DNA of 32,000 nucleotides from Synechocystis sp. PCC 6803 substr. PCC-P. Its GTDB lineage: Bacteria; Cyanobacteriota; Cyanobacteriia; Cyanobacteriales; Microcystaceae. The notes below the pieces were generated by a model, which was not told the origin of the DNA, ran no database searches, and worked only from the letters and a program-made list of their open reading frames with translations. Shown here in pieces: positions 19,391 through 29,205 of this stretch. The stretch lies in contig NC_017039.1 in the NCBI RefSeq assembly GCF_000284455.1, forward strand, positions 2,850,001 to 2,882,000, written 5' to 3'. Numbering within the stretch: position 1 is the first letter of the stretch; each line of letters opens with the position of its first letter. Made by a program: the position numbers and the translations under genes.

Positions 19391-19404
19391 CAACTTACCT
19401 GTTG
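19391..19404. promoter_or_regulatory. Putative SufR operator site 2 (CAAC-N6-GTTG)
   Basis: Exact CAACTTACCTGTTG, centred 40 bp from site 1. Confidence 0.8.
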
Positions 19405-19501
19405 TTTTAGTTTCGCTCCTTGAGATTTATTTCGTCCCACTGCCAATCTACCTTGCCTTGGGCAGTTCCCTATCTGAATTCCCCGGAGAACACTGCATTC
19501 G

Positions 19502-20944
19502 ATGAGTTCCACCACTGTTAAAAACCTGGTCAACCAACCCTACAAATATGGCTTTGTCACCAACATTGAAGCGGATGCTATCCCCCGTGGTCTGAGTGAA
19601 GACGTGGTGCGACTCATTTCTGCTAAGAAAAATGAACCCGAATTCATGTTGGATTTTCGCCTCCGGGCCTACCGGCATTGGCTGACCATGGCGGAACCCA
19701 CTTGGCCGGCGGTGCATTATCCCCCCATTGATTACCAAGATATTATTTACTACTCCGCCCCTAAGCAAAGTAAGAAAAAACTAGAAAGCTTAGATGAAGT
19801 GGACCCAGCTTTGTTGGAAACCTTTGAAAAATTAGGGATTCCCCTATCGGAGCAAAAACGTTTAAGTAATGTGGCGGTAGATGCCATTTTTGACAGTGTT
19901 TCCATTGGCACAACTTTTAAGGAAAAGCTAGCGGAAGACGGGGTAATTTTCTGTTCTATTTCTGAAGCATTGCAGGAACATCCCGACCTGGTGCAAAAAT
20001 ATTTGGGCAGTGTGGTGCCCACCGCCGACAACTTCTTTGCCGCCTTAAACTCTGCTGTATTTAGTGACGGTTCCTTTGTTTTTATTCCCAAAGGGGTGAA
20101 GTGTCCCATGGAATTGTCCACCTATTTCCGCATTAATAATGGGGATACGGGGCAGTTTGAGCGGACATTAATTATTGCCGAAGAAGGGGCTTCCGTTAGC
20201 TATTTGGAAGGTTGTACTGCGCCCATGTATGACACCAATCAACTTCATGCGGCGGTGGTGGAATTGGTAGCTCTAGATAATGCTGACATTAAATATTCCA
20301 CCGTACAAAACTGGTACGCTGGGGACGAAAATGGCAAGGGCGGAATTTACAACTTTGTGACTAAACGGGGTCTATGTAAAGGAGTTAATTCCAAAATTTC
20401 CTGGACCCAAGTAGAAACCGGTTCCGCCATTACCTGGAAATACCCCAGTTGTGTGCTAGTTGGGGATAATTCCGTCGGGGAATTCTACTCTATTGCTTTA
20501 ACTAACAACAAACAGCAAGCTGATACGGGAACTAAAATGATTCACATCGGTAAAAATACCCGTAGTATCATTATTTCCAAAGGCATTTCCGCTGGTAATT
20601 CCGCCAACAGTTACCGGGGTTTGGTGAAAATGGGACCTAAAGCCCAGGGCGCTCGCAATTATTCCCAGTGTGATTCCATGCTCATTGGCGATCGGGCAGC
20701 GGCTAATACTTTTCCCTATATTCAAGTGGACAATAATACCGCCAAAGTAGAACATGAAGCTTCCACTTCCAAAATTGGCGAGGATCAACTCTTTTACTTT
20801 GCCCAACGGGGAATTTCTGAGGAAGATGCGGTGTCCATGCTAGTCAGCGGTTTCTGTAAGGATGTGCTAAACGAATTACCCATGGAATTTGCGGCGGAGG
20901 CTGATAAATTACTGAGTCTCAAACTAGAAGGTACTGTGGGTTAA
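19502..20944 (+). CDS. sufB: Fe-S cluster assembly scaffold SufB
   Basis: '[51 protein letters not shown]...' and '[22 protein letters not shown]'. Confidence 0.97.
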   Translation: MSSTTVKNLVNQPYKYGFVTNIEADAIPRGLSEDVVRLISAKKNEPEFMLDFRLRAYRHWLTMAEPTWPAVHYPPIDYQDIIYYSAPKQSKKKLESLDEVDPALLETFEKLGIPLSEQKRLSNVAVDAIFDSVSIGTTFKEKLAEDGVIFCSISEALQEHPDLVQKYLGSVVPTADNFFAALNSAVFSDGSFVFIPKGVKCPMELSTYFRINNGDTGQFERTLIIAEEGASVSYLEGCTAPMYDTNQLHAAVVELVALDNADIKYSTVQNWYAGDENGKGGIYNFVTKRGLCKGVNSKISWTQVETGSAITWKYPSCVLVGDNSVGEFYSIALTNNKQQADTGTKMIHIGKNTRSIIISKGISAGNSANSYRGLVKMGPKAQGARNYSQCDSMLIGDRAAANTFPYIQVDNNTAKVEHEASTSKIGEDQLFYFAQRGISEEDAVSMLVSGFCKDVLNELPMEFAAEADKLLSLKLEGTVG

Positions 20945-21085
20945 TAATTGTCGAAGGGGGGTAACTGCTAGGTTTAAGTTTGACCTATTTTTCTCCTGAA
21001 TAATTAACTATTCTAGCCAGAGTAGAACCTAGATTTTTTCATTCTTCACCAAGCTATCTTTCATTAAGTTATTTCTGATACGTTT

Positions 21086-21856
21086 ATGAGCCAGACTATT
21101 CTTTCCATTAAAAATCTCACTGCCTCTGTTGATGGAAATCAAATTCTCAAAGGAGTTAACCTAGAAATTAAAGCAGGGGAAGTCCACGCCATTATGGGAC
21201 GCAACGGTTCTGGTAAAAGTACTCTTTCTAAAGTAATTACTGGGCATCCCGACTATGAAATTACTGGCGGTGAAATTATCTACCAGGGGCAAGATTTATC
21301 AGCTTTGGAACCCCATGAGCGGGCCTTAGCGGGAATTTTTCTTGCCTTCCAATATCCTTTGGAAATTCCTGGCGTAAGCAATTTAGATTTCCTCCGCATT
21401 GCCTATAATGCTAAACGCAAACATTTAGGTTTAGAAGAATTAGACACCTTTGATTTTGAAGATCTAATTCAAGAAAAGTTAGACGTGGTGAAAATGAATC
21501 CCGCTTTTCTAGAAAGGAGCTTAAATGAAGGATTTTCTGGAGGAGAAAAGAAGCGCAATGAAATTTTGCAAATGGCAATCCTAGAGCCAACTTTATCCAT
21601 CCTTGATGAAATTGATTCGGGGTTGGATATTGATGCCCTCCGCATTGTCTCTGAGGGGGTCAATTTTCTTAAAAATCCTGACAATGCCACCTTGGTTATT
21701 ACCCACTACCAACGCTTGTTAAATTACATTATTCCTGACCATATCCATGTGATGTATGACGGTAAAATTGTCATGAGTGGAGGCAAGGAGTTAGCCCTGG
21801 AATTGGAAGAGAAGGGGTACGATTTCCTCGATGAACAGGTTTTGGCTCCCATTTAA
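21086..21856 (+). CDS. sufC: Fe-S cluster assembly ATPase SufC
   Basis: Walker A '[10 protein letters not shown]', ABC signature '[15 protein letters not shown]', Walker B '[14 protein letters not shown]'. Confidence 0.97.
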   Translation: MSQTILSIKNLTASVDGNQILKGVNLEIKAGEVHAIMGRNGSGKSTLSKVITGHPDYEITGGEIIYQGQDLSALEPHERALAGIFLAFQYPLEIPGVSNLDFLRIAYNAKRKHLGLEELDTFDFEDLIQEKLDVVKMNPAFLERSLNEGFSGGEKKRNEILQMAILEPTLSILDEIDSGLDIDALRIVSEGVNFLKNPDNATLVITHYQRLLNYIIPDHIHVMYDGKIVMSGGKELALELEEKGYDFLDEQVLAPI

Positions 21857-21991
21857 ACTTCTGTTTCAGCTTGGTTGCGTTATTTTCCATTCTGCTAGGC
21901 AAGTTGGCCGATCGCCAGGCATTATTGAGACAATTTGAGCTACTGCACTAACTAAACTAATCCACTTTGCCCATCTCCAAGGATACTGCCC

Positions 21992-23353
21992 ATGACCGCC
22001 GCGATTTTAGCCGATGCCCTGACTCAAAAAGTTCACCAAACAGAGATAGACAAAGAACTGCAAGCCCTTAAGGAGCAAGCCATGGTCTCCGGGACGGAGG
22101 ACTCCATTTTGGTGAATAAACGACAGGGAGCAGCCGATTTGTTGGGTAGTTTGCGGTTGCCCCATAAGCGGGATGAGGAATGGCAATTTACGGATTTAAG
22201 CGAGCTAAAAGCAATTGATTTTGTGGCCGCTGGTAAAGTTAGTCTGGATGTGGCGGCGGCGGAAAATTTCTACTTACCGGAAGCCCATCAAAGTCGCCTG
22301 GTATTTATCAATGGCTTTTTTACTCCAGAGTTGTCGAATACTAATGATTTACCCAGCGCCATTACTTGTCAATCCTGGACTAATCTTGCCGCCCATCAAA
22401 GGGAGCAGTTAGCCAACTATTTGGGGCAAAAAACGGACGGTAACGAAGTTTTTAGTAACCTTAATACTGCCGGGATGACAGATAGTGCGGTAGTCTGGAT
22501 TCCCGCCAATACTGAACTGAAAAGTCCCATCCACTTACTGTTTTTAACGGTGGTTGATCCAACCCCTATCATGGTGCAACCCCGTTTGTTAGTGGTAGTA
22601 GAAAATAACGCCCAAGTAACCATCGCCGAGTCCTACGGAGCGATCAGCACCAATTGCACGGATCGCCCGCAGCAACAGCCCTACTTTAACAACATCGTCA
22701 GCGAAATTTATTTAGGGGAAAATGCCCAGGTTACCCATATCCGTAACCAACGGGACTCCGGTGATAGCTTCCACATTGCCACCACGGCGATCGCCCAGGG
22801 GAAACAAAGTCGTTACCGATTAATTGATGTTAACTTAGGCGCAAAATTATCCCGTCATAATTTGCAAATGACACAGCAGGAAGAAGCCACGAAAACTGAA
22901 TTTTTGGCCTTAACTATCCTGGCGGGACGGCAGGTGAGCGACACCCACAGTACCATAGCTTTAAACCATCCCCATGGGGCAACCAATCAACTCCATAAAT
23001 GTATTGTGGATGAATATGCCCAGGCAGTTTTTAGCGGTAAGGTTTTAGTACCCCAGGCGGCCCAATTGACCAACGCCCAACAGTTAAACCGTAATTTGGT
23101 GTTATCTTCCAAAGCCCGTATTAATACAAAACCTGAGCTACAAATCACCGCTGATAATGTTAAATGTTCCCACGGAGCTACCATTAGCCAGTTGGAGGCG
23201 GACGAGGTCTTTTATCTCCGTAGTCGGGGCCTAAATGATTATGATGCTCGCCATTTATTGATTGATGCCTTTGCTGGGGAAATTCTGGATCAAATTCCCT
23301 TAGCCTCTTTGCAAGGACGTTTGCGGCAATGTGTTTCCTGTCGGACTATTTAG
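21992..23353 (+). CDS. sufD: Fe-S cluster assembly protein SufD
   Basis: Position in the cluster and SufB/D-family C-terminal 'LQITADNVKCSHGATISQLEADEVFYLRSRGLNDYDARHLLIDAFAGEIL'. Confidence 0.95.
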   Translation: MTAAILADALTQKVHQTEIDKELQALKEQAMVSGTEDSILVNKRQGAADLLGSLRLPHKRDEEWQFTDLSELKAIDFVAAGKVSLDVAAAENFYLPEAHQSRLVFINGFFTPELSNTNDLPSAITCQSWTNLAAHQREQLANYLGQKTDGNEVFSNLNTAGMTDSAVVWIPANTELKSPIHLLFLTVVDPTPIMVQPRLLVVVENNAQVTIAESYGAISTNCTDRPQQQPYFNNIVSEIYLGENAQVTHIRNQRDSGDSFHIATTAIAQGKQSRYRLIDVNLGAKLSRHNLQMTQQEEATKTEFLALTILAGRQVSDTHSTIALNHPHGATNQLHKCIVDEYAQAVFSGKVLVPQAAQLTNAQQLNRNLVLSSKARINTKPELQITADNVKCSHGATISQLEADEVFYLRSRGLNDYDARHLLIDAFAGEILDQIPLASLQGRLRQCVSCRTI

Positions 23354-23420
23354 TCAGTCAGCAAACTCGGTATTTTAGTTGATTTTTTAGTTAGCCTTAG
23401 TATTCTTTGATTTTTAAGCC

Positions 23421-24683
23421 ATGGTTGCTCTCCAAATTCCCAGCCTTGCCGCCACTGTCCGCCAAGATTTTCCCATCTTAAATCAAGAAATTAATGGCCA
23501 TCCCCTGGTGTATTTGGACAATGCCGCCACCTCCCAAAAACCCCGGGCTGTGCTGGAAAAATTGATGCATTACTATGAAAACGATAATGCTAATGTTCAC
23601 CGGGGAGCCCATCAACTAAGTGTGCGGGCTACTGATGCCTACGAAGCAGTTCGGAATAAAGTGGCAAAATTTATTAATGCCCGATCGCCAAGGGAGATTG
23701 TTTACACTCGTAACGCCACGGAAGCGATTAATTTGGTGGCCTATAGCTGGGGGATGAATAATCTCAAAGCAGGGGATGAAATCATTACCACCGTGATGGA
23801 ACATCACAGCAATTTAGTGCCTTGGCAAATGGTGGCGGCCAAAACCGGGGCTGTACTAAAATTTGTCCAATTAGACGAGCAAGAAAGCTTTGATTTAGAA
23901 CATTTTAAAACTCTACTTTCTGAAAAGACTAAGTTGGTCACTGTTGTTCACATTTCTAACACCTTGGGCTGCGTTAACCCGGCGGAAGAAATTGCCCAAT
24001 TAGCCCACCAAGCTGGGGCTAAAGTGTTAGTTGACGCCTGCCAAAGTGCGCCTCATTACCCTCTGGACGTACAACTAATTGATTGTGATTGGTTAGTGGC
24101 CAGTGGTCACAAAATGTGCGCTCCCACGGGCATTGGGTTCCTTTACGGCAAAGAAGAAATCTTAGAAGCCATGCCTCCCTTTTTTGGCGGCGGCGAAATG
24201 ATTGCTGAAGTCTTTTTTGATCATTTCACCACTGGAGAGTTGCCCCACAAATTTGAAGCGGGGACCCCGGCCATTGCCGAGGCGATCGCCTTAGGAGCGG
24301 CAGTGGATTATTTAACCGACTTAGGGATGGAAAATATTCATAACTATGAAGTGGAATTAACCCATTACCTCTGGCAAGGCTTGGGGCAAATTCCCCAACT
24401 GCGACTTTACGGCCCCAATCCCAAACACGGCGATCGGGCCGCTTTAGCGTCCTTTAACGTGGCGGGACTCCACGCCAGCGACGTGGCCACCATGGTGGAT
24501 CAAGACGGTATCGCCATCCGTTCCGGGCACCATTGCACCCAACCGTTGCACCGATTGTTTGACGCTTCCGGCAGTGCTAGGGCCAGTCTGTATTTCTACA
24601 ACACCAAAGAAGAAATTGACCTATTTTTACAATCTTTGCAAGCAACCATTCGCTTCTTTAGTGATGACGACTTTACCGTTTAA
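23421..24683 (+). CDS. sufS: Cysteine desulfurase SufS (group II)
   Basis: '[24 protein letters not shown]', PLP-lysine region '[21 protein letters not shown]', and '[14 protein letters not shown]'. Confidence 0.96.
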
Positions 24684-25863
24684 CTGCCTCAGCAAACCTA
24701 ATTTTGAGGTAATCATCCTCCATTTTTGCTCCAGCGGGACTTAGGGCCGCCAAAGCCTGGGGCAGAACCAAGTTGCGGCGATGGTTACCGATACGAACAT
24801 TTAACTCATCGCCAGTTTTATTTAGTTGAATTTGCTCTTTGGGAATACCTGGTAAATAAAGTTCTAAACTGTAATCATTGTTGCTGCCCTGAACAATGTT
24901 AATGGTGTTTTCCTTGTAGTAAACCTGGGAAGGATCTTCATCTTTGTACAAAGTGTCCTTCAGTCTTTCCAAAGCTGCTAAGCCACACATTTCTTCCGAG
25001 AATAGGGGCGCTTCCTTCACCGGCAGAGGATGGAAATTGTCATAAATTTCTTGTTTATAGACCTGTTGGTTACTTTTCCACCGTTGGAAGAAGGGATCAT
25101 CAATGGTTTCGGGCAAAATCCGGTTAGCAATGACTAAATCCGTGGATACATTGTACAAACTTAGGTAGGCATGGGCCCGCAATGATTCCTTCAACACCAT
25201 CTTTTCTGGGTTGGTCACCAAACGTACGGAAGTCTGCGTGTTATCTGTTAACACTTTTTCCAGGGCTTCAATTTGCTCATAAAATTCGTAGGGAGCATCC
25301 ATCACTTCCTTGTCGGGCAAAGAAAAACCGGCGATCGGTCTAAATAGGGGTTCCACCAATGGTCTGAGGGCCACGGACATCCCCTGTAAAGGCTTATAAA
25401 AACGTCGCATATACCACCCCCCCACTTCCGGCAAACTGAGCAGACGTAGGGCAGTACCTGTGGGAGCAGAATCGATAATCAGTACATCATAATCAGCTTC
25501 GTCATAGTGGCGTTTCATCCGCACCAGACCAAAAATTTCATCCATGCCAGGGAGAATGGCCAGTTCCTCCGCCTGTACTCCATCTAGCCCCCGGGCCTGT
25601 AATACCTGGGTAATGTAACGCTTAACTGCGCCCCAGTTGCCTTCCAACTCCATCAAAGCATCCAATTCTGCTCCCCAAAGATTCTCCTTCACCAGGCGAG
25701 GCTCATGGCCCAACTCCAGATCAAAACTGTCAGCGAGGGAATGGGCAGGGTCGGTACTCAGAACTAGGGTCTTATGGCCTAATTCCGCACAACGGAGACC
25801 GGTGGCCGCCGCAACGGAGGTTTTACCAACCCCCCCTTTACCTGTCATCAGAATTACGCGCAT
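24673..25863 (-). CDS. ArsA/Get3-like ATPase with C-terminal HSP20-like domain
   Basis: '[47 protein letters not shown]' and '[14 protein letters not shown]'. C-terminal '[38 protein letters not shown]' resembles an HSP20/ArsA_HSP20 fold. Confidence 0.88.
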
Positions 25864-25905
25864 GGATGGATCTGCCTAGAAAGATGAAAAATTGGAGACG
25901 GAATG

Positions 25906-27117
25906 TTACATATTGTTAACTTCCATGTTTCCATTATGCCGGGAAAGCCAGATTTCTTGCAGGGTTTTGGCATAACTTTCTAGGCTGTGGTGCCGACGGT
26001 AAGCTTGGGCCATGGCTGCTAATTGCTGATGGATGCTTGAATCGGCCAACTTTTGGTCAATTTCTGCCCATACTAGGGATTGGGCTTGCCAATCCACTAC
26101 TAAACTGTCGAGGTCGTACTGGTTTAATTCCCTGGCCATCCAGGTGCCCGGAGATACTAACGGTATTCTTTCTGCGATGATGGCTTCGGTGAAAATGCCG
26201 GAAGTCCTTTCTGCATAAGCTTCTGGATCGTAGGGTAAGAGAATAATTTGGGCTTTATTTAACCAACCGGCGTATTCTTCCCTAGTCAGGCGATCGCCAA
26301 TTAAATGAACTTCAATTCCTTCACTGTCACTTTTTAATCCGGAAGCCGCCGCCGCAATTAGTTGGAGCCTAGGTGAATTAGGCCGGGGCAATGAAACCAA
26401 ATGACGCATCACCGACCAACCTTTTTCTTCCCGAGGGGCACCGGGCCACCAGCAAAGAATGGGATCAGCTTCTGTAAATAAAGGTACAACTTCAGCAAAA
26501 TCCGTGTGGGGAATGGGCATCACGGTGAATGGTTGGCCAAAATAATCCTGGAGCGATCGCCCGAGGGGTTCACTATCGGTTAAAAATTGGCATTGGGGTG
26601 GGGGTAATAATTTCCGTAAGCGTTGGTGGAGCCAATGGTAAATAGAACGGGTTTGGTCTAGATGCACGTCCCGACGGTAGAGGATCCAAAAATGCAATCG
26701 GCTTCGGGCTTCGGGAGATAATTGCCGTAGTCCCCACCAGATAGCAAACAGTTGGAGATGGATGAACCGTTCTAAAAATAGAATAACTGGTCTACTTTCC
26801 CCATTGGTTAACAAAGATTGCAATTGTTGAGCTAAAACATCACTACATTGCATGGCTTGGGGAAGACGGGTTATTTTTGCCACCATGCTCCCCTCCGCTT
26901 CCAAATCCTCCGGCAGAAGAATTCGATGGAGGCGATCGCCAATTTCTTCTAAATTTGGATCCGCATCCTGGGGCACCCAAGCTTGATACTGCCACCCCAA
27001 ATACTCTACCGATCGCCGTACCGCCCCGTGGTAAGGCACAATATGGCCTTTCCCTCCCATCAGATGGGGTATGAGAGAAATAAATAGGGGTTGATCCCGA
27101 GAATGGTCAGAGTTCAT
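25906..27117 (-). CDS. Putative glycosyltransferase-like protein, 403 aa
   Basis: C-terminal GT-B-like 'RLTREEYAGWLNKAQIILLPYDPEAYAERTSGIFTEAIIAERIPLVSPGTWMARELNQY'. ATGA stop/start overlap with upstream gmhB. Confidence 0.6.
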   Translation of the reverse strand: MNSDHSRDQPLFISLIPHLMGGKGHIVPYHGAVRRSVEYLGWQYQAWVPQDADPNLEEIGDRLHRILLPEDLEAEGSMVAKITRLPQAMQCSDVLAQQLQSLLTNGESRPVILFLERFIHLQLFAIWWGLRQLSPEARSRLHFWILYRRDVHLDQTRSIYHWLHQRLRKLLPPPQCQFLTDSEPLGRSLQDYFGQPFTVMPIPHTDFAEVVPLFTEADPILCWWPGAPREEKGWSVMRHLVSLPRPNSPRLQLIAAAASGLKSDSEGIEVHLIGDRLTREEYAGWLNKAQIILLPYDPEAYAERTSGIFTEAIIAERIPLVSPGTWMARELNQYDLDSLVVDWQAQSLVWAEIDQKLADSSIHQQLAAMAQAYRRHHSLESYAKTLQEIWLSRHNGNMEVNNM

Positions 27118-27683
27118 TTGCTTGAAAGGGAAGCCAGCAGACTAACAGTTTCCCCCAGATTGGCAAAGACGGGAATTGGCCCAGCTAATTGCAACCTAAA
27201 CTTATCCAACTGTTGGCAAGTTTCCTCACCCCGCCCTGTCATTAGCACCACTGGCTGACAACCGGCCGCAATGGCTGCTCCCACGTCACTGGGGGCATCG
27301 CCAATAAAGTAGGATTCCTGGAGAGAAATTTGGTACTGCTCCGCCGCCCGCAACAACATTTCGGGGGAAGGTTTACGGCAATCACAACCGTCCTCTGGAT
27401 GGTGGGGGCAAAGGAAAAAATCGGTGAACTTTACTCCCTCTTTGCCGTACTCTTGTCGGATTTTGGTATGGACCGCCGCCACGTCACCGTGGTCAAAATA
27501 ACCCCGGCCAATGCCCGCCTGATTGGTGATCACAATTAATAAATATCCTGCTTTTTGCCACTGGGTTAAAGCTTCCCCGGCACCGGCCGGTAACTGCACT
27601 TGCTCCGGTTTACCAAGGTAGGGAATATAGTCAATGATGACGCCGTCACGGTCGAGGAACAGGGCTTTGCGGAGGGCACTCAA
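27114..27683 (-). CDS. gmhB: D-glycero-D-manno-heptose-1,7-bisphosphate 7-phosphatase (GmhB, HAD family)
   Basis: 'RKALFLDRDGVIIDYIPYLGKPEQV', 'VITNQAGIGRGYF', 'CPHHPEDGCDCRKPSPEMLLRAA', 'FIGDAPSDVGAAIAAG'. Confidence 0.88.
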   Translation of the reverse strand: MSALRKALFLDRDGVIIDYIPYLGKPEQVQLPAGAGEALTQWQKAGYLLIVITNQAGIGRGYFDHGDVAAVHTKIRQEYGKEGVKFTDFFLCPHHPEDGCDCRKPSPEMLLRAAEQYQISLQESYFIGDAPSDVGAAIAAGCQPVVLMTGRGEETCQQLDKFRLQLAGPIPVFANLGETVSLLASLSSK

Positions 27684-27792
27684 GGTTATCGGTGTGAATA
27701 TTTATTTGGCTAGATTAAAAATGGCTTTAGTATCCTACAGGACGGGGACGCAGTCCTACCCCCCATCGAACTAAATTTGATCACCCTTTCAA

Positions 27793-28377
27793 CTAGACTT
27801 TGATTCCCACAGACTTTTGGGCGAAGAGACGGGATTCCACCTGTTCACAGATGTGATGGTAGGTCATCAAATGCACTTCTTGGATGCAGGGAGTGTTTTT
27901 GTCGGCGACGAAGAGGGGATAGTCAGCAAATTCCTGGAACAAACCACCGTTATTACCAGCCATGCCGATGGTGTGTAAACCCTTATCCTTGGCACATTTC
28001 AGCGCATGGAGCACATTGGTGGATTTACCCGAAGTGGACAAACCCCAAAGAATATCCCCCGGTTGGCCCAAAGCTTCCACTTGACGGGAAAAAACAATAT
28101 CGTAGGTGTAATCGTTGCTGACAGACGTGAGGATGGAACTGTTGGCGGTCAAGGCGATCGCCGGTAGGGCTTGGCGGTTGAAATGGAAACGGCCGACAAA
28201 TTCAGCGGCCAGGTGTTGGGCATCGGCGGCGGATCCCCCGTTACCGCAGATGAGCAATTTATTACCCGCCTGGAATCTTTGGCAAATCAGATCTACCACG
28301 GCCTCAATGGCTCCGCAATAGGATTGATCGAAAGCCTTGGCAAGGGACTGTAAACGCTGTTCAACCCATTCAGACAT
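27793..28377 (-). CDS. gmhA: Phosphoheptose (sedoheptulose-7-phosphate) isomerase
   Basis: SIS domain 'NKLLICGNGGSAADAQHLAAEFVGRFHFNRQALPAIALTANSSILTSVSNDYTYDIVFSRQVEAL' and 'DILWGLSTSGKSTNVLHAL'. Confidence 0.93.
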   Translation of the reverse strand: MSEWVEQRLQSLAKAFDQSYCGAIEAVVDLICQRFQAGNKLLICGNGGSAADAQHLAAEFVGRFHFNRQALPAIALTANSSILTSVSNDYTYDIVFSRQVEALGQPGDILWGLSTSGKSTNVLHALKCAKDKGLHTIGMAGNNGGLFQEFADYPLFVADKNTPCIQEVHLMTYHHICEQVESRLFAQKSVGIKV

Positions 28378-28593
28378 AGTAAATCCTCATTTTCAAAGCC
28401 TGAAGCAGCCAAAAAATCTAGCTTCGACTTTTAGGGACTCCCATTGCCATAAAAAAGTGGCAGGGGCCAAAATATAGTTCCTAATCTTAATCGAGGGAGG
28501 CAAAAATTGGCTAATGTTAAAGGGGTCAGCGTTTGGTCACTGGGGACGATTTTCCCTCATCCTAGGGTGAGTAGACAGTGATTTGAGATTTTT

Positions 28594-28983
28594 ATGTGGA
28601 TTATTTATAAGGAGTTTTCCTTTGAGGCGGCCCATCAATTGCCCCACCACGAAGGGAAATGTCGACGCTTACATGGCCATAGTTTTCGGGGCCGGGTTTA
28701 CGTGGCCAGCGATCGCCTGAAAACCACTGGTTCAGAAACGGGCATGGTGATGGACTTTAGTGTGCTCAAAGCCCATTTGGACCCCTTGGTGAAAAATCAC
28801 CTCGACCATTATTACCTCAACGACAGTCTTGGTTTGGAAAGCCCCACCAGTGAGGCGATCGCCGCTTGGATCTTTGCCAAATTAGAAGAAGCTGGGGTAC
28901 CGGGGTTACATTCCGTGGAAGTCTTGGAAACCTGTACCTCCGCCGCCCGTTACTTTTCCCCCCGTTTGTCCCCATTGCTGTGA
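28594..28983 (+). CDS. queD: 6-pyruvoyl-tetrahydropterin synthase / 6-carboxytetrahydropterin synthase family
   Basis: 'FSFEAAHQLPHHEGKCRRLHGHSFRGRVYV', 'GMVMDFSVLK', 'LDHYYLND', 'PTSEAIAAWIF'. Confidence 0.9.
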   Translation: MWIIYKEFSFEAAHQLPHHEGKCRRLHGHSFRGRVYVASDRLKTTGSETGMVMDFSVLKAHLDPLVKNHLDHYYLNDSLGLESPTSEAIAAWIFAKLEEAGVPGLHSVEVLETCTSAARYFSPRLSPLL

Positions 28984-29205
28984 TTTTCGTAATCCCTGGG
29001 ATTAGGGGATTTAACCGAACAAATTGACCCCAGTCGGCCAACCATTGCTTAAACTAGGGGAAAGTACTAAGTTTAGTAGGAAAAATTGTCAGCCTTGGGT
29101 ATTTAGCGCAATTTTGATAGGATTTTGCTCCCTTGAGGCATTCTGAAATTAGCACTACTCATCACTGTTGTTGTTTGCTGAACTGTTATCTCGGTCGCCC
29201 CTGCC

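Noticed and set aside
19103-22786. 3.7-kb stretch without HIP1 over sufR-sufB-sufC
   Set aside because: A similar gap exists over cph2 (about 12.1-16.0 kb). With about 30 sites, one or two gaps this long are unremarkable.
27720-27760. TCCTAC direct repeats and GGAC/GTCC pairing between gmhA and gmhB
   Set aside because: The stem is only 5 bp and does not extend. Probably chance.
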